A stretch of DNA of 64,000 nucleotides from a virus: positions 28,959-92,958 of the IMG/VR virus record IMGVR_UViG_3300047372_000605; one strand, given 5' to 3'. Every line of letters starts with the position of its first letter. The stretch's first letter is position 1. Positions 40,471-50,533 of the stretch are shown piece by piece. Under the pieces are notes generated by a model, which was not told the origin of the DNA, did no database searches, and saw only the letters and a list, made by a program, of their open reading frames with translations. The position numbers were made by a program, and so were the translations under genes.

Positions 40471-40488
40471 CACGTCAAAATTAAGGTT

Positions 40489-40635
40489 ATGAATCAATTA
40501 GATAAAATGTTTGGAGGGAATCCAATAGAAAAAATAAATCAAATATGTGATGAAGCGCTTACATTTGCTAGAACAGCAGGTACAGTTGTAGATTGTGGAG
40601 CATGTAATAATAAAGGTTGTAACATTTGTAAATAA
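40489..40635 (+). CDS. 48-aa Cys-rich protein (not in ORF track)
   Basis: MNQLDKMFGG...CGACNNKGCNICK*. Confidence 0.6.
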   Translation: MNQLDKMFGGNPIEKINQICDEALTFARTAGTVVDCGACNNKGCNICK

Positions 40636-40639
40636 AGGT

Positions 40640-41083
40640 ATGGCATTATTCAAATTTCAAAATTTAAACAAACACGGTAATTTAAGAACTAGAATAGTTC
40701 ACAGTCCAACATCACAATTTTCATTTAAACCAGCTGGTTATGGTAAATTTGTAAATGTGCAAAGATTTTACTATAAAATGGAACACCCATATTTGAGTGC
40801 TTCACTATTCACAGATAATAATGGTGATAAGTTTATATTACCATCAATGGAAAAGGTTCACCCTGAAACAACCTTAAATGATATTATCAATATCAAGCCC
40901 AAAGTTAAAAAAAGAACTGAGCCAATAATAGAAACTAGCATTAGCAGTTCAGGTGATGTTACCTATGAAACTAAGTATTATCCAGATTCAGATAATTACT
41001 ATTGCAGTTGTCCTGGAACATGGAGAGCAAAAGATAGAAGATGTAAGCATATTAAAGCATTAGAAGAAAAAAATAAAAAATGA
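40640..41083 (+). CDS. SWIM zinc-finger protein
   Basis: C-terminal CSCPG...RCKHI; start moved to ATG 40640. Confidence 0.7.
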   Translation: MALFKFQNLNKHGNLRTRIVHSPTSQFSFKPAGYGKFVNVQRFYYKMEHPYLSASLFTDNNGDKFILPSMEKVHPETTLNDIINIKPKVKKRTEPIIETSISSSGDVTYETKYYPDSDNYYCSCPGTWRAKDRRCKHIKALEEKNKK

Positions 41084-41213
41084 AAGCAAAAATTACCAAA
41101 AAATTAATAAAAGAATTAGAAAAAAAAGGAGCAACTTATACATCACCTAAAGAAAATAGTTTAGGTGTTGTTGAAAGTTTCTTAGATTTGACAACTATAA
41201 AAAATAAATAATT

Positions 41214-41810
41214 ATGATATCAACATTCGGATTCGAAAGAAACCCTTATAGAAAAGATGTAAATTTTAATGGATTTTATTGGTCTGAGAATAAATTTACC
41301 TCATATGAATTACAAACCATAGAAGATATGACCGAACGGATTTCATTTGAGGACACATTAATAGGCACAGGAAAGGACATATCTGATGAAAGAAAATCAA
41401 GAATTAAATGGTGTCCCCAAAATGCGGAATGGGCATGGGTTTATAAAAAACTTCATGATGTGATTAAAGAAGCAAATGATGCAATGTGGAAATTTGATTT
41501 ATCTGCAATGAATGAACCAATACAATACACAGAATACTATGGAACACAAGAAGGTGGGTATGAATGGCATATGGATTGTGGAGATGGGCTCCCAAGCCAA
41601 AGAAAAATATCAGTAACAGTACAACTTTCAGATCCAGATGAGTATGAAGGAGGTGATTTAGAATTTAATATAGGCCAAAAATTTGTAGGCCAAAGAAAAC
41701 AAGGTGCAGCAATTATTTTTCCATCATTTTTTTTACATAGAGTAACTCCTGTAACAAAAGGTATAAGAAAATCTTTTGTTTTATGGGTAGGTGGAGAACC
41801 ATATAGATAA
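41214..41810 (+). CDS. 2OG-Fe(II) oxygenase (prolyl-hydroxylase-like)
   Basis: WHMD, RKIS, YEGGDL, FPS..LHRV.PV..G.R.S. Confidence 0.9.
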   Translation: MISTFGFERNPYRKDVNFNGFYWSENKFTSYELQTIEDMTERISFEDTLIGTGKDISDERKSRIKWCPQNAEWAWVYKKLHDVIKEANDAMWKFDLSAMNEPIQYTEYYGTQEGGYEWHMDCGDGLPSQRKISVTVQLSDPDEYEGGDLEFNIGQKFVGQRKQGAAIIFPSFFLHRVTPVTKGIRKSFVLWVGGEPYR

Positions 41811-41923
41811 GATATGAAAGGTAGATATTATTGTGAAATGGAAAGTCCTATATATAGGCAAATAATAGCTGAAAAATTAAAGCTAGAAAAAAAACAAACT
41901 AAAGGTACTAAAAAAGGTAAAAG

Positions 41924-42283
41924 GTGTGTAAAGTAACTTGGTGTAACAAAGATGCTAAAACTTATTGTTCTACCCACATCCAATATAAGGAATGGGTTAG
42001 AAATGCACCTAGAAGACCTTGGCTAATGTACAAATTAGAAAGAATATTAGAAGGAAAAGGTACAATATGTGAAATTTGTAAAGATGATTTGCAAAAGCGA
42101 TTTCCTAATCGTACATTAAAGGATATAATACAAGGGATGGATGTTGACCATATTAATCCTAAAATTAAAGGTACTCTAGAGGGTGAACAGCCATCTAATT
42201 ACCAACTAGTTTGTAAATATTGTCATTTATTTAAATCAATAGATGAAGGAGATTTTATTAATAAAAAACATAAACATGCCTAG
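41924..42283 (+). CDS. HNH endonuclease
   Basis: CEIC, DVDHI, NYQLVCKYCH. Confidence 0.8.
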   Translation: MCKVTWCNKDAKTYCSTHIQYKEWVRNAPRRPWLMYKLERILEGKGTICEICKDDLQKRFPNRTLKDIIQGMDVDHINPKIKGTLEGEQPSNYQLVCKYCHLFKSIDEGDFINKKHKHA

Positions 42284-42503
42284 AGAAAAGTCATATGTAT
42301 ACCCAACAGTATTAGTATTTAAAACGTCAAACCGTTCAAACGCTAAAACAAAAATGAAAGTTTATAAAACTAAAAACGTAGATGAAGTTATAGATGGTCT
42401 TGAAAAAGATAAACTGCCTGGAGTTCCTTCCAAAGCAGAAATATTACATTTATCAATAGGAGAAAGCTTTATCAAAACATATAAAGAAAAATATGTCTTA
42501 TAA
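42276..42503 (+). CDS. Hypothetical protein
   Basis: ORF from ATG 42276. Confidence 0.55.
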   Translation: MPREKSYVYPTVLVFKTSNRSNAKTKMKVYKTKNVDEVIDGLEKDKLPGVPSKAEILHLSIGESFIKTYKEKYVL

Positions 42504-43044
42504 AAAATGGATTCATAAATATAAATTTCTTCAAGAAGACTTAAATGACACTGATGAATTATTAAAAAAATATGTTAAAAATTTTAATGAAGATTTTGAA
42601 GATAATATTAGCGAAGAAGAAATAAGACAAAGAACCATTAATAAAGAAAAACTAAAAAATCTTAAAGAAGAACAAGAAGAAAAAGAAGAAACAAATAAAG
42701 AAGATAAACCTGGAAAAAAATTATATAAAGAATTAAGTAAAATATACCACCCAGATAGAGAAAATGGGGATGAAGATAAATTTAAATTAATCTCAACTTT
42801 ATATAATAGTGGAAATGTTATAGGTCTAATTTTAGAAGCATTAGATATAGATATTGAAGTTAAAAACTATATTAATGAAGAAATGGCTAATTCATTTGAA
42901 CAAACTTGCAGGACGTTAGAGGATAAAATAGCTGGTAAAAAAAATAGTTTAGCTTGGCATTGGTCTAATATACCAGATGATAAGAAAGAAGCATTTAAGG
43001 AACATTTACTTAAAACTCAACCTATAAAAGAAAGAAAAAAATAA
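42493..43044 (+). CDS. J-domain (DnaJ-like) protein
   Basis: LYKELSKIYHPDR...F..I...Y. Confidence 0.7.
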   Translation: MSYKKWIHKYKFLQEDLNDTDELLKKYVKNFNEDFEDNISEEEIRQRTINKEKLKNLKEEQEEKEETNKEDKPGKKLYKELSKIYHPDRENGDEDKFKLISTLYNSGNVIGLILEALDIDIEVKNYINEEMANSFEQTCRTLEDKIAGKKNSLAWHWSNIPDDKKEAFKEHLLKTQPIKERKK

Positions 43045-43046
43045 CA

Positions 43047-43709
43047 ATGGCAGAAAATATTTCAAAAAACCCACCAAAGGGAAATATTAAATTTAGTATT
43101 TCTTTATCTGAAGAGCAAAAAGTAGCTAAAGCTGAGGTATTAAACCATCCTTATAATTTTATTATAGGTAAAGCAGGTAGTGGAAAAACATTATTAGCAG
43201 TTCAAGTTGCATTAGATATGTTTTTTAAAAGAAACGTTAATCAAATTATTATTACTAGACCAACAGTGGCAAATGAAGATAATGGATATTTACCTGGATC
43301 ATTAGATGAAAAAATGGAACCGTGGTTAGTACCAATTCGTTCTAATATGAGAAAAGTATATAATAAACCTAATATATTAGAAAAAATGGAAAACGATGAT
43401 AACATTGAATTAGTATCATTATCACATTTTAGAGGTAGAACATTTGAAAATGCTTGTGTTATAGTAGATGAATTTCAAAACTTAACTAAACAACAGTTAG
43501 GAATGGTATTAGGTAGATTAGGTAAAGGTTCTACAATGATATTAACTGGAGACCCACAACAAATTGATTTAAAATTTGGTAATGATTCAGCTATACATGA
43601 TGTTCCTAAAGTTAAAGAATCTAAATTCGTATATGCTGTCACTTTAAAAGATAATCATAGACATAATGCGTTAAATGAAGTATTAAAGCTTTTACAAGCT
43701 TATGCATAG
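43047..43709 (+). CDS. phoH: PhoH-like ATPase
   Basis: GKAGSGKT, ITRP, GYLPG, RGRTF, DEFQN, GDPQQID. Confidence 0.93.
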   Translation: MAENISKNPPKGNIKFSISLSEEQKVAKAEVLNHPYNFIIGKAGSGKTLLAVQVALDMFFKRNVNQIIITRPTVANEDNGYLPGSLDEKMEPWLVPIRSNMRKVYNKPNILEKMENDDNIELVSLSHFRGRTFENACVIVDEFQNLTKQQLGMVLGRLGKGSTMILTGDPQQIDLKFGNDSAIHDVPKVKESKFVYAVTLKDNHRHNALNEVLKLLQAYA

Positions 43710-43712
43710 ATA

Positions 43713-43742
43713 TTTGGAGAAGCAAAATAGGGTTCGTATATT
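43713..43742 (+). promoter_or_regulatory. TTG-N20-TATATT promoter followed by leader hairpin
   Basis: TTTGGAGAAGCAAAATAGGGTTCGTATATT; AGTTAAG-AAACG-CTTAACT downstream. Confidence 0.8.
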
Positions 43743-43789
43743 CACCAAGAAGTTAAGAAACGCTTAACTCACTAAATTAAATAAAGGTT

Positions 43790-43942
43790 ATGATTAGATA
43801 TATAGCAAAATCAAAAACAACAAATAAATCACTATTACCAGGTAATTATGCAACTCCTGCAAATTTAATTAAAGCAGTAAAAACAGCTGGATTTAGTCTT
43901 CAAGATTTAACAATTCAAACATTTACTAAAGAAATTGAGTAA
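43790..43942 (+). CDS. 50-aa hypothetical protein (not in ORF track)
   Basis: TAAAGGTT-ATG start; MIRYIAKS...KEIE*. Confidence 0.6.
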   Translation: MIRYIAKSKTTNKSLLPGNYATPANLIKAVKTAGFSLQDLTIQTFTKEIE

Positions 43943-43968
43943 AACATTTAAAAATAATTGCGTAAATA

Positions 43969-43998
43969 TTTGGGTACCACAGAAAGGGTTCATATATT
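43969..43998 (+). promoter_or_regulatory. TTG-N20-TATATT promoter
   Basis: TTTGGGTACCACAGAAAGGGTTCATATATT. Confidence 0.78.
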
Positions 43999-44016
43999 TA
44001 CCTCAAAATTAAGGTT

Positions 44017-44481
44017 ATGAATAAAGAAAATTTAGAACATGTAGTAAATGATTATGTGATTTGTTACCCACATAATCAAACTGGAGAAATTGATCAATCC
44101 AGAATATATAAATTGACAGAAAAAATCACACATAAAAAAGGAGAAATGTATAGATATCACTTCAGAGAAAATACAAGACATTATGCTCATTGTGTATTTT
44201 TTGAAAATAGAAAAAAATTAGATCAACATTTAAATAAATCCAAATCCTCTAAAAGAAAAGAATCTAAAAAAACTCCTAGGTATAATATAGATGTACCTGT
44301 TGGAATAGCAGATGAATTAAAATCTATACACAGAGATAAGGGAGGTGGTTTTACTAAGGAATTAGTTGATAAAATTAATCCTTATTTTCCCTATTTTGAT
44401 TTACATACTAAAATACCAAAATATGGAGCATCAGGATATAAAGTATTATTTGCAATGTTAAAACCATTTAAAACAATATAA
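44017..44481 (+). CDS. Hypothetical basic protein
   Basis: 154-aa ORF after promoter. Confidence 0.6.
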   Translation: MNKENLEHVVNDYVICYPHNQTGEIDQSRIYKLTEKITHKKGEMYRYHFRENTRHYAHCVFFENRKKLDQHLNKSKSSKRKESKKTPRYNIDVPVGIADELKSIHRDKGGGFTKELVDKINPYFPYFDLHTKIPKYGASGYKVLFAMLKPFKTI

Positions 44482-44495
44482 AATAAATAAAAGTT

Positions 44496-44747
44496 ATGAT
44501 TAAATTTGATAAAAACACAGAGTTCCCCATCACTAAAGCATGGCAAAAAGGTCAATTAGCAGTTAAAGAAGGTAGAATGGATGAAGCCAGAGATTGGTTT
44601 GATTCTGGAATAGCTATGGTTGCTACTTATTCAATGGAAAATAATGAGTTCGCTGATGAATCTATTATTGAAAATAAAACTAGAAAATTATGGTTAATGA
44701 GATTTTGGAAGGTTGGTTTAGAAAACAATAATTTATTATTAGGCTAA
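44496..44747 (+). CDS. Hypothetical protein
   Basis: 83-aa ORF. Confidence 0.55.
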   Translation: MIKFDKNTEFPITKAWQKGQLAVKEGRMDEARDWFDSGIAMVATYSMENNEFADESIIENKTRKLWLMRFWKVGLENNNLLLG

Positions 44748-44748
44748 T

Positions 44749-45093
44749 ATGAATATTAATATATTATATGGAATGTTGTTTTTTGCTTTAGGGCATTTAG
44801 GAGCATTCTTACAATTAAACGGTCAATTTAAATGGGATTGGTTTAAAAATAATGAATGGATAATAGCTGCTTGTGGTTTTATACTTTCATTCTTTTATAT
44901 TTGGGGTACTAAATACACAGTTGCAGGTACTGAAGGTTTACTTTGGCCAGCTAGATTTATTGGATTTGGTATTGGTATTGTAATTTATGCTTTAATGGTT
45001 AGTTGGTTATTTGGGGAAGGTTTTACTACTAAAACTATAATTTCAATAGCTATATCTGCTTGTTTAATAGCAATTCAAGTATTATGGAAATGA
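44749..45093 (+). CDS. 4-TM small membrane protein (DMT/SMR-like)
   Basis: Four hydrophobic helices; WLFGEGFT.K..I pattern. Confidence 0.6.
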   Translation: MNINILYGMLFFALGHLGAFLQLNGQFKWDWFKNNEWIIAACGFILSFFYIWGTKYTVAGTEGLLWPARFIGFGIGIVIYALMVSWLFGEGFTTKTIISIAISACLIAIQVLWK

Positions 45094-45281
45094 ATTATTA
45101 CCATCACCAAGGCCAATTATATAGAGTGCTTAGAGAAATTAGACACCATAATTTTCCAGATAAAAGTCAACTTAAAGAATTCATGAAAACAATATCCCAT
45201 TGTGACCATGTATTAAGTAGTAAAACCCATTACATGTTTTGCGAAACGGTGCAAGAAGCAGAAGTAGTTGAATATTTATAG
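45090..45281 (+). CDS. Hypothetical protein
   Basis: ORF, ATGA-coupled. Confidence 0.5.
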   Translation: MNYYHHQGQLYRVLREIRHHNFPDKSQLKEFMKTISHCDHVLSSKTHYMFCETVQEAEVVEYL

Positions 45282-45295
45282 CATATACTCAAATT

Positions 45296-47530
45296 ATGAA
45301 GAATTTTAAAAAACTTATTAAAGAAGCTTATTTAGGAAATCCATTAAATGAAGTAGATAGAGCTACACAAGCAGATTTATACTTATCTGGAGAAGAAGAA
45401 TATCCAGAGTTTGATATTAATGATGTTATGGATGATTTAGAGGATGAAGAAAAAGATTATAGTAAAATGCATAATATTGAACTAAATGCTAGATATAAAG
45501 ATAAACTTGGAGTTAGGGATACAAAGGGTTTAACTAGAGATGATCTTATTAGGGGATTAAAATTTCATGAGGCATCAATAAAAATGTTTGATGGTAAAAA
45601 ATTTGATGAATTAGATATTGCTCAAAAGCAAAAACTTCTAAGCTACATGAATAGAGATGCAGAAAAGGAATTTGAAAGAAGAATGGCTATGAGGGAAGAA
45701 TTATTAAAAGAATTTACTTTACCTGGAGGTGATTATAGAGATAGTTATGCAAATCGCTTACCTGAAGAACAACTTACAACTACAGATGACTATGAAGTAT
45801 TCATGGAAATGTTTCCTCGAGGAGAAGCTTCAAGAATTTTAATGAATCCTAATAGAAAAAAACTTTATGACCAACATTTAGAGTGGACAAAAGATAGCCA
45901 ATACAATAATGTTTTTGTTCATATGCAATACCATGAAGTAGAACATGAAGGTGAATTATATAAAATTCATCAAACCCAATACTATAATACTAATTATGAC
46001 GATTTTAGAAGTCCTCGTTTTACTGAATTAATGATTTCAAAAGATGGAAAACGTATGGGGACATATTTAGTTGATACTAAAGAATACGTTGAAGATTTAA
46101 AGAATTTAGATATTAAAAAAAGAGTATCAGAATCATTAAATGAAGATATGGGTGAATGGCCTAAAGAACTTAAATCTAGATACAGTGATGAATATAGATT
46201 TGAGTTAGAAAAAGTAACACCAACTTACAAAGACAAACCAGGAAGAGCTAAGTATAGAGTAATTGATATTGAAAGTGGAGAACTTAAAGGTACACCTGTA
46301 TTTGGGAAACCAGAATCTCTTATGGATTTTGCTGATGATTTAATTAAACCTCAAGGTGGAACACAATCATCCCATTTTGGTACTAATGAAAATATTAATG
46401 ATCCAGTTTTAATGAGAACAAGAGCAGCTCAAATGAAAAGAGATGCTATAGATAAAAAAGATCTAGAAAATAAAAGTAAAAGAATTAGTGCTGATAAAGC
46501 TATAGATTTAAGATATGAACTTGATATCCTAAGTAAGGAAAGAGAAAACATTTTAATGAGAATAGAGGATTTAGGATTTGAAACTGATCAAACTGCTGAA
46601 CCCGAGGGAGGTAAAAAAGCAGATGATGTTGGAAGAAGAATGGAAATAGCCATAAAAGATCTTAGAGATATAGACAGTAAAATAACTGATATTAAAGATG
46701 ACTTAGGAATTTTTGATATGAATGAAGATAAGTTTGCTGGTTCGGATCCTAGAGCAGGTTCTACTATTAGAGGTACTGGTTTTGCTAAGTTTAAACCTAC
46801 ATATGGGGATTTAGTAAAAAAATATGGTAAAGATTTAATTAATTTTGTTATTGGCATAGATGATATTTCTGAAAAAGAAATAGAAGGCATAATTAAAAAA
46901 TATGGTAGTGATTCCTTTATTGAGTATTTAGATGATAGAATTCAAGTTCATTTAGAAGAACCTGGAATTAGACAAAAATTCAAATCAGTTAATGAAGGTA
47001 AATATTCAATTGGGTATGAAGATAAAGATGATAATAGACATTATATTACAATAGAGGCCTCAAGTGAAAAGGAAGCAAAAAGTAAATTAATGAAAGATGC
47101 AGGTGATGAGGTTAGAATTTTAAAATCTATTGAATTAGTTGATGAAGGCACTTGTGGTTATGGGGAAGATGGTAAAGTTGATCCTGAAAATACAGATAAA
47201 TTAAAACCAGCTGGCCCTATAAATGAAATTGAATCAGGTGATATAGTTACTTACAAAGATGAAGATCACACTGTAATGAGAATTGATGATGATGGAAAAA
47301 TATACATTAGACCAAATGAAGAATCTGCTATATTAGGTAAAAAAGATACTTTTTGGGTTAAACCTGAGGATTTAGAGGAAGGAAATGGTGGTGCAAAACA
47401 GGATTTTACACTTAACATTAATAACCCAGGTGCTGAATCACGTGCTCTCGATGATGAAGTAAATAAAACAGGATATTCAGAATCTTTACAAGAATCTTTA
47501 AGAAAAAAACTAAGAGAAAGACTAAAGTAA
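45296..47530 (+). CDS. Acidic mosaic protein, putative internal head polyprotein
   Basis: Recurrent (L/I/V/M)-x-E junction motifs: LIKE, PLNE, LLKE, SLNE, DMNE, SVNE, LVDE, PINE, DLEE, SLQE. Confidence 0.55.
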   Translation: MKNFKKLIKEAYLGNPLNEVDRATQADLYLSGEEEYPEFDINDVMDDLEDEEKDYSKMHNIELNARYKDKLGVRDTKGLTRDDLIRGLKFHEASIKMFDGKKFDELDIAQKQKLLSYMNRDAEKEFERRMAMREELLKEFTLPGGDYRDSYANRLPEEQLTTTDDYEVFMEMFPRGEASRILMNPNRKKLYDQHLEWTKDSQYNNVFVHMQYHEVEHEGELYKIHQTQYYNTNYDDFRSPRFTELMISKDGKRMGTYLVDTKEYVEDLKNLDIKKRVSESLNEDMGEWPKELKSRYSDEYRFELEKVTPTYKDKPGRAKYRVIDIESGELKGTPVFGKPESLMDFADDLIKPQGGTQSSHFGTNENINDPVLMRTRAAQMKRDAIDKKDLENKSKRISADKAIDLRYELDILSKERENILMRIEDLGFETDQTAEPEGGKKADDVGRRMEIAIKDLRDIDSKITDIKDDLGIFDMNEDKFAGSDPRAGSTIRGTGFAKFKPTYGDLVKKYGKDLINFVIGIDDISEKEIEGIIKKYGSDSFIEYLDDRIQVHLEEPGIRQKFKSVNEGKYSIGYEDKDDNRHYITIEASSEKEAKSKLMKDAGDEVRILKSIELVDEGTCGYGEDGKVDPENTDKLKPAGPINEIESGDIVTYKDEDHTVMRIDDDGKIYIRPNEESAILGKKDTFWVKPEDLEEGNGGAKQDFTLNINNPGAESRALDDEVNKTGYSESLQESLRKKLRERLK

Positions 47531-47572
47531 ATAAAAGTTATAATATGTATAATCGTTATACTAATATAGCTT

Positions 47573-50533
47573 ATGAAAAAAATATTATTTAGTTTTATAA
47601 CAGTACTAAGTTTATTATCAACTGTTGTAAACGCTCAAAACACAATCTTCGGCTGTACAGATACAGCTGCAGCAAATTATGATTCAACTGCTACTCAAGC
47701 ATTAGCAGGCCCTGTTGAATTTCCAGTACAATGTAACCAAAACGGTTGGGGAGGTAATTATGTAGGTATAAACTTAGCTTTATATCAAGCACACCCATCT
47801 GAATTTGCAGTAGGTACTAAAGTAACAATAGCAGGACATGATTATTGGATTGATGCTATGAATATACCTGGAAATTGTAACCAAGGTGTAGCTTTAATTT
47901 ATATAGCATTAGCTCCTGGATTAGCAGATGGTAATCCATGGTCACCAGCAGGAAATGTAGTACAACCTGTAGTACCAGGTGATGAATGGAGCATAACAGA
48001 ATGCTTTTATAATCCTGGCTGTATGGATGATGATTATGTAGAATATGATCCAAATGCAGATTGGGATGATGGTAGTTGTCAAACATTAAAATTATATGGT
48101 TGTACTGATTCAACTTCATTAAACTATAATCCTTGGGCTAATACAGATGATGGTTCTTGTATAGCTGATTTAAATTGTGGTTTTAATCATGTTGAAATTA
48201 AGGTAACAATAAAAGTAGATAATTGGCCGGGTGAAACAAGTTGGTTATTATTACATTCAAACCCTAATTTAGGAACCACAGATACAACTTATTATGCGCC
48301 TAGAGGAACTTATGTTTGGGGACAACAAGGACAAACTATAGTAACTCGTTTTTGTGCACCTGCAGGTCCAAATCATTTATTACAATTTGTGTTGCAAGAT
48401 TCATATGGTGATGGTATAAGAGGTTCTTCACCACCAAATAATAGTGGGTTTTGTTTAGTTGAAAATATGTCTTGCCCAGATACTATTTTTTATATGTCTG
48501 AAGCAGATGCTGATTTTGGATATGTAATTACTAGTGATGGTACTTATTGGAGTCAAAGGGAACAATTTTGTGGTAGTACTTTAGTTTATCCTGGTTGTAC
48601 AGATCCAGCATATCAGGAATATGATTCACTAGCTACTAATGATGATGGTAGTTGTCAAAATCTTCATGTTTATGGTTGTATGGATTCTACTTCATATAAT
48701 TATGATCCTAATGCTACAGCTTGGGATAATATAGACCAGTGTGAATATAGAGTTATACTTGAAGATGATGGTGGAGATGGTTGGGGAGAAAGCTTTATAG
48801 GTATTAAACAAGGAAATCAATTATGGGATTTTCGTTTGGATCCAGGAGTATATGTTGATACTGCTATAGTATATTTTGATGTAACTGATAATCCAGGTTT
48901 ACAAGAACCTGTTGAATTATACTATTTTGAAATAGGAGATGGGCAACAATCGGCTCAACAAATAGATATTCAAACAATACAAAACTCAGTTAAAATAGAA
49001 AATGATTATGGAATTTTATTCCATGAAGGTAATTTCCCATGGGCAAATGGAAATAAGTTAAAAAATTATCAAACAACAGCAGATATATATTTTGCAACAC
49101 CATTTTGTGGGTATGAATGTATTCCTGCAGTTTATGGTTGTATGGATCCAACTTCATTAAACTATAACCCAGATGCAAATGTAGATGATGGTAGTTGTAT
49201 TCCTATAATTTATGGTTGTACTAATCCTTTAGCATTTAATTATGATTCAACTGCTACTGTTGATGACAATTCCTGTATAGCAACAGTTTATGGTTGTACA
49301 GATCCTACTTCATTTAACTATGACCCAAATGCTAATGTTGATAATGGAACTTGTATTTACCTAGGTTGTACAGATATTACAGCTTGTAATTATGATTCAA
49401 CCGCAAATGTTGATAATGGAGGTTGTATGTATCCTCCTCAATATTATGATTGTAATTATGTTTGTTTAGAAGATACAGATGGAGATGGTATTTGTGATTC
49501 ATTAGAAATACCGGGCTGTACAAATCCACTTTCATTAAACTATAATCCTAATGCTACTGATGATGATGGTAGTTGTATACCTTATGTTTATGGTTGTACT
49601 GATTCTACAGCTTATAATTATAATCCTTTAGCAAATACTGATGATGGTTCTTGTGTTCCTGTAATTTTAGGTTGTACAGATCCCACTATGTTTAATTTTA
49701 ATCCTAATGCAAATGTAGATGATGGTAGTTGCATTCCTATAGTTTATGGTTGTATGGATAATACAATGTTTAACTATAATCCAAATGCAAATGTAGATAA
49801 TGGAAGTTGTATACCATTTATTTATGGTTGTACTGATTCAACAGCATTTAACTATGATCCTCTAGCTAATACTGATAATGGAACTTGTATTCCTGTAATA
49901 TATGGTTGTACAGATCCAAGTGCATTTAATTATAATCCTTTAGCTAATACAGAAGATTTTAGTTGTATACCTGTAGTTTATGGTTGTACAGATTCATTAG
50001 CAGTAAATTATGACCCTGCAGCAAATGTAGATAACGGTTCTTGTATAACAGCAGTTCCTGGTTGTACAGATCCAAATGCTTATAATTTTGATCCAAATGC
50101 AAATGTTCCAGATTCGGCAACTTGTTTATATGATGCAGGTTGTATTACAGGACCTGGTAACCCATATTGGTTAAATGATGATTGTTATGCTTGGGTAATT
50201 AGTGTAGATCCTTATTGTTGTAATGTAGCTTGGGATGCTAATTGTCAAAGTACTTATGATTACTGTGCTTCAAATAGTGGTTGGGTTGGAGTTGAAGATT
50301 TAATCTACGATGGAGGAATAGCCATTTATCCAAATCCTACTACAGGAGAATTAAATATAGTAAGTTCAAGAATTAAAAATGTACTTGTAACTATATATTC
50401 AGTTTCAGGTCAAGTAGTTGTTAATGAAACTAGTGAAAACGTTATTGATATAAGCCATTTAGAAGATGGTGTTTATTTCATGAATGTGAAAGTAGGAGAA
50501 TTAACATATATAAGAAAAGTGATTAAACAATGA
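47573..50533 (+). CDS. Secreted Cys-repeat protein with T9SS type-A sorting domain
   Basis: Signal peptide ...VNA-Q; ~17 GCTD...NY..A..DDGSC repeats; C-terminal IYPNPT...IYS..GQ...DISHL..GVYF...KVIKQ. Confidence 0.88.
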   Translation: MKKILFSFITVLSLLSTVVNAQNTIFGCTDTAAANYDSTATQALAGPVEFPVQCNQNGWGGNYVGINLALYQAHPSEFAVGTKVTIAGHDYWIDAMNIPGNCNQGVALIYIALAPGLADGNPWSPAGNVVQPVVPGDEWSITECFYNPGCMDDDYVEYDPNADWDDGSCQTLKLYGCTDSTSLNYNPWANTDDGSCIADLNCGFNHVEIKVTIKVDNWPGETSWLLLHSNPNLGTTDTTYYAPRGTYVWGQQGQTIVTRFCAPAGPNHLLQFVLQDSYGDGIRGSSPPNNSGFCLVENMSCPDTIFYMSEADADFGYVITSDGTYWSQREQFCGSTLVYPGCTDPAYQEYDSLATNDDGSCQNLHVYGCMDSTSYNYDPNATAWDNIDQCEYRVILEDDGGDGWGESFIGIKQGNQLWDFRLDPGVYVDTAIVYFDVTDNPGLQEPVELYYFEIGDGQQSAQQIDIQTIQNSVKIENDYGILFHEGNFPWANGNKLKNYQTTADIYFATPFCGYECIPAVYGCMDPTSLNYNPDANVDDGSCIPIIYGCTNPLAFNYDSTATVDDNSCIATVYGCTDPTSFNYDPNANVDNGTCIYLGCTDITACNYDSTANVDNGGCMYPPQYYDCNYVCLEDTDGDGICDSLEIPGCTNPLSLNYNPNATDDDGSCIPYVYGCTDSTAYNYNPLANTDDGSCVPVILGCTDPTMFNFNPNANVDDGSCIPIVYGCMDNTMFNYNPNANVDNGSCIPFIYGCTDSTAFNYDPLANTDNGTCIPVIYGCTDPSAFNYNPLANTEDFSCIPVVYGCTDSLAVNYDPAANVDNGSCITAVPGCTDPNAYNFDPNANVPDSATCLYDAGCITGPGNPYWLNDDCYAWVISVDPYCCNVAWDANCQSTYDYCASNSGWVGVEDLIYDGGIAIYPNPTTGELNIVSSRIKNVLVTIYSVSGQVVVNETSENVIDISHLEDGVYFMNVKVGELTYIRKVIKQ
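49133..50125 (+). repeat. Tandem ~78-nt (26-aa) coding repeats
   Basis: About 12 near-consecutive YGCTD...DDGSC units. Confidence 0.85.

Noticed and set aside
49133-50125. Tandem repeats as DGR template/variable repeats
   Set aside because: Ordinary degenerate protein repeats; no reverse transcriptase or adenine-specific variation seen
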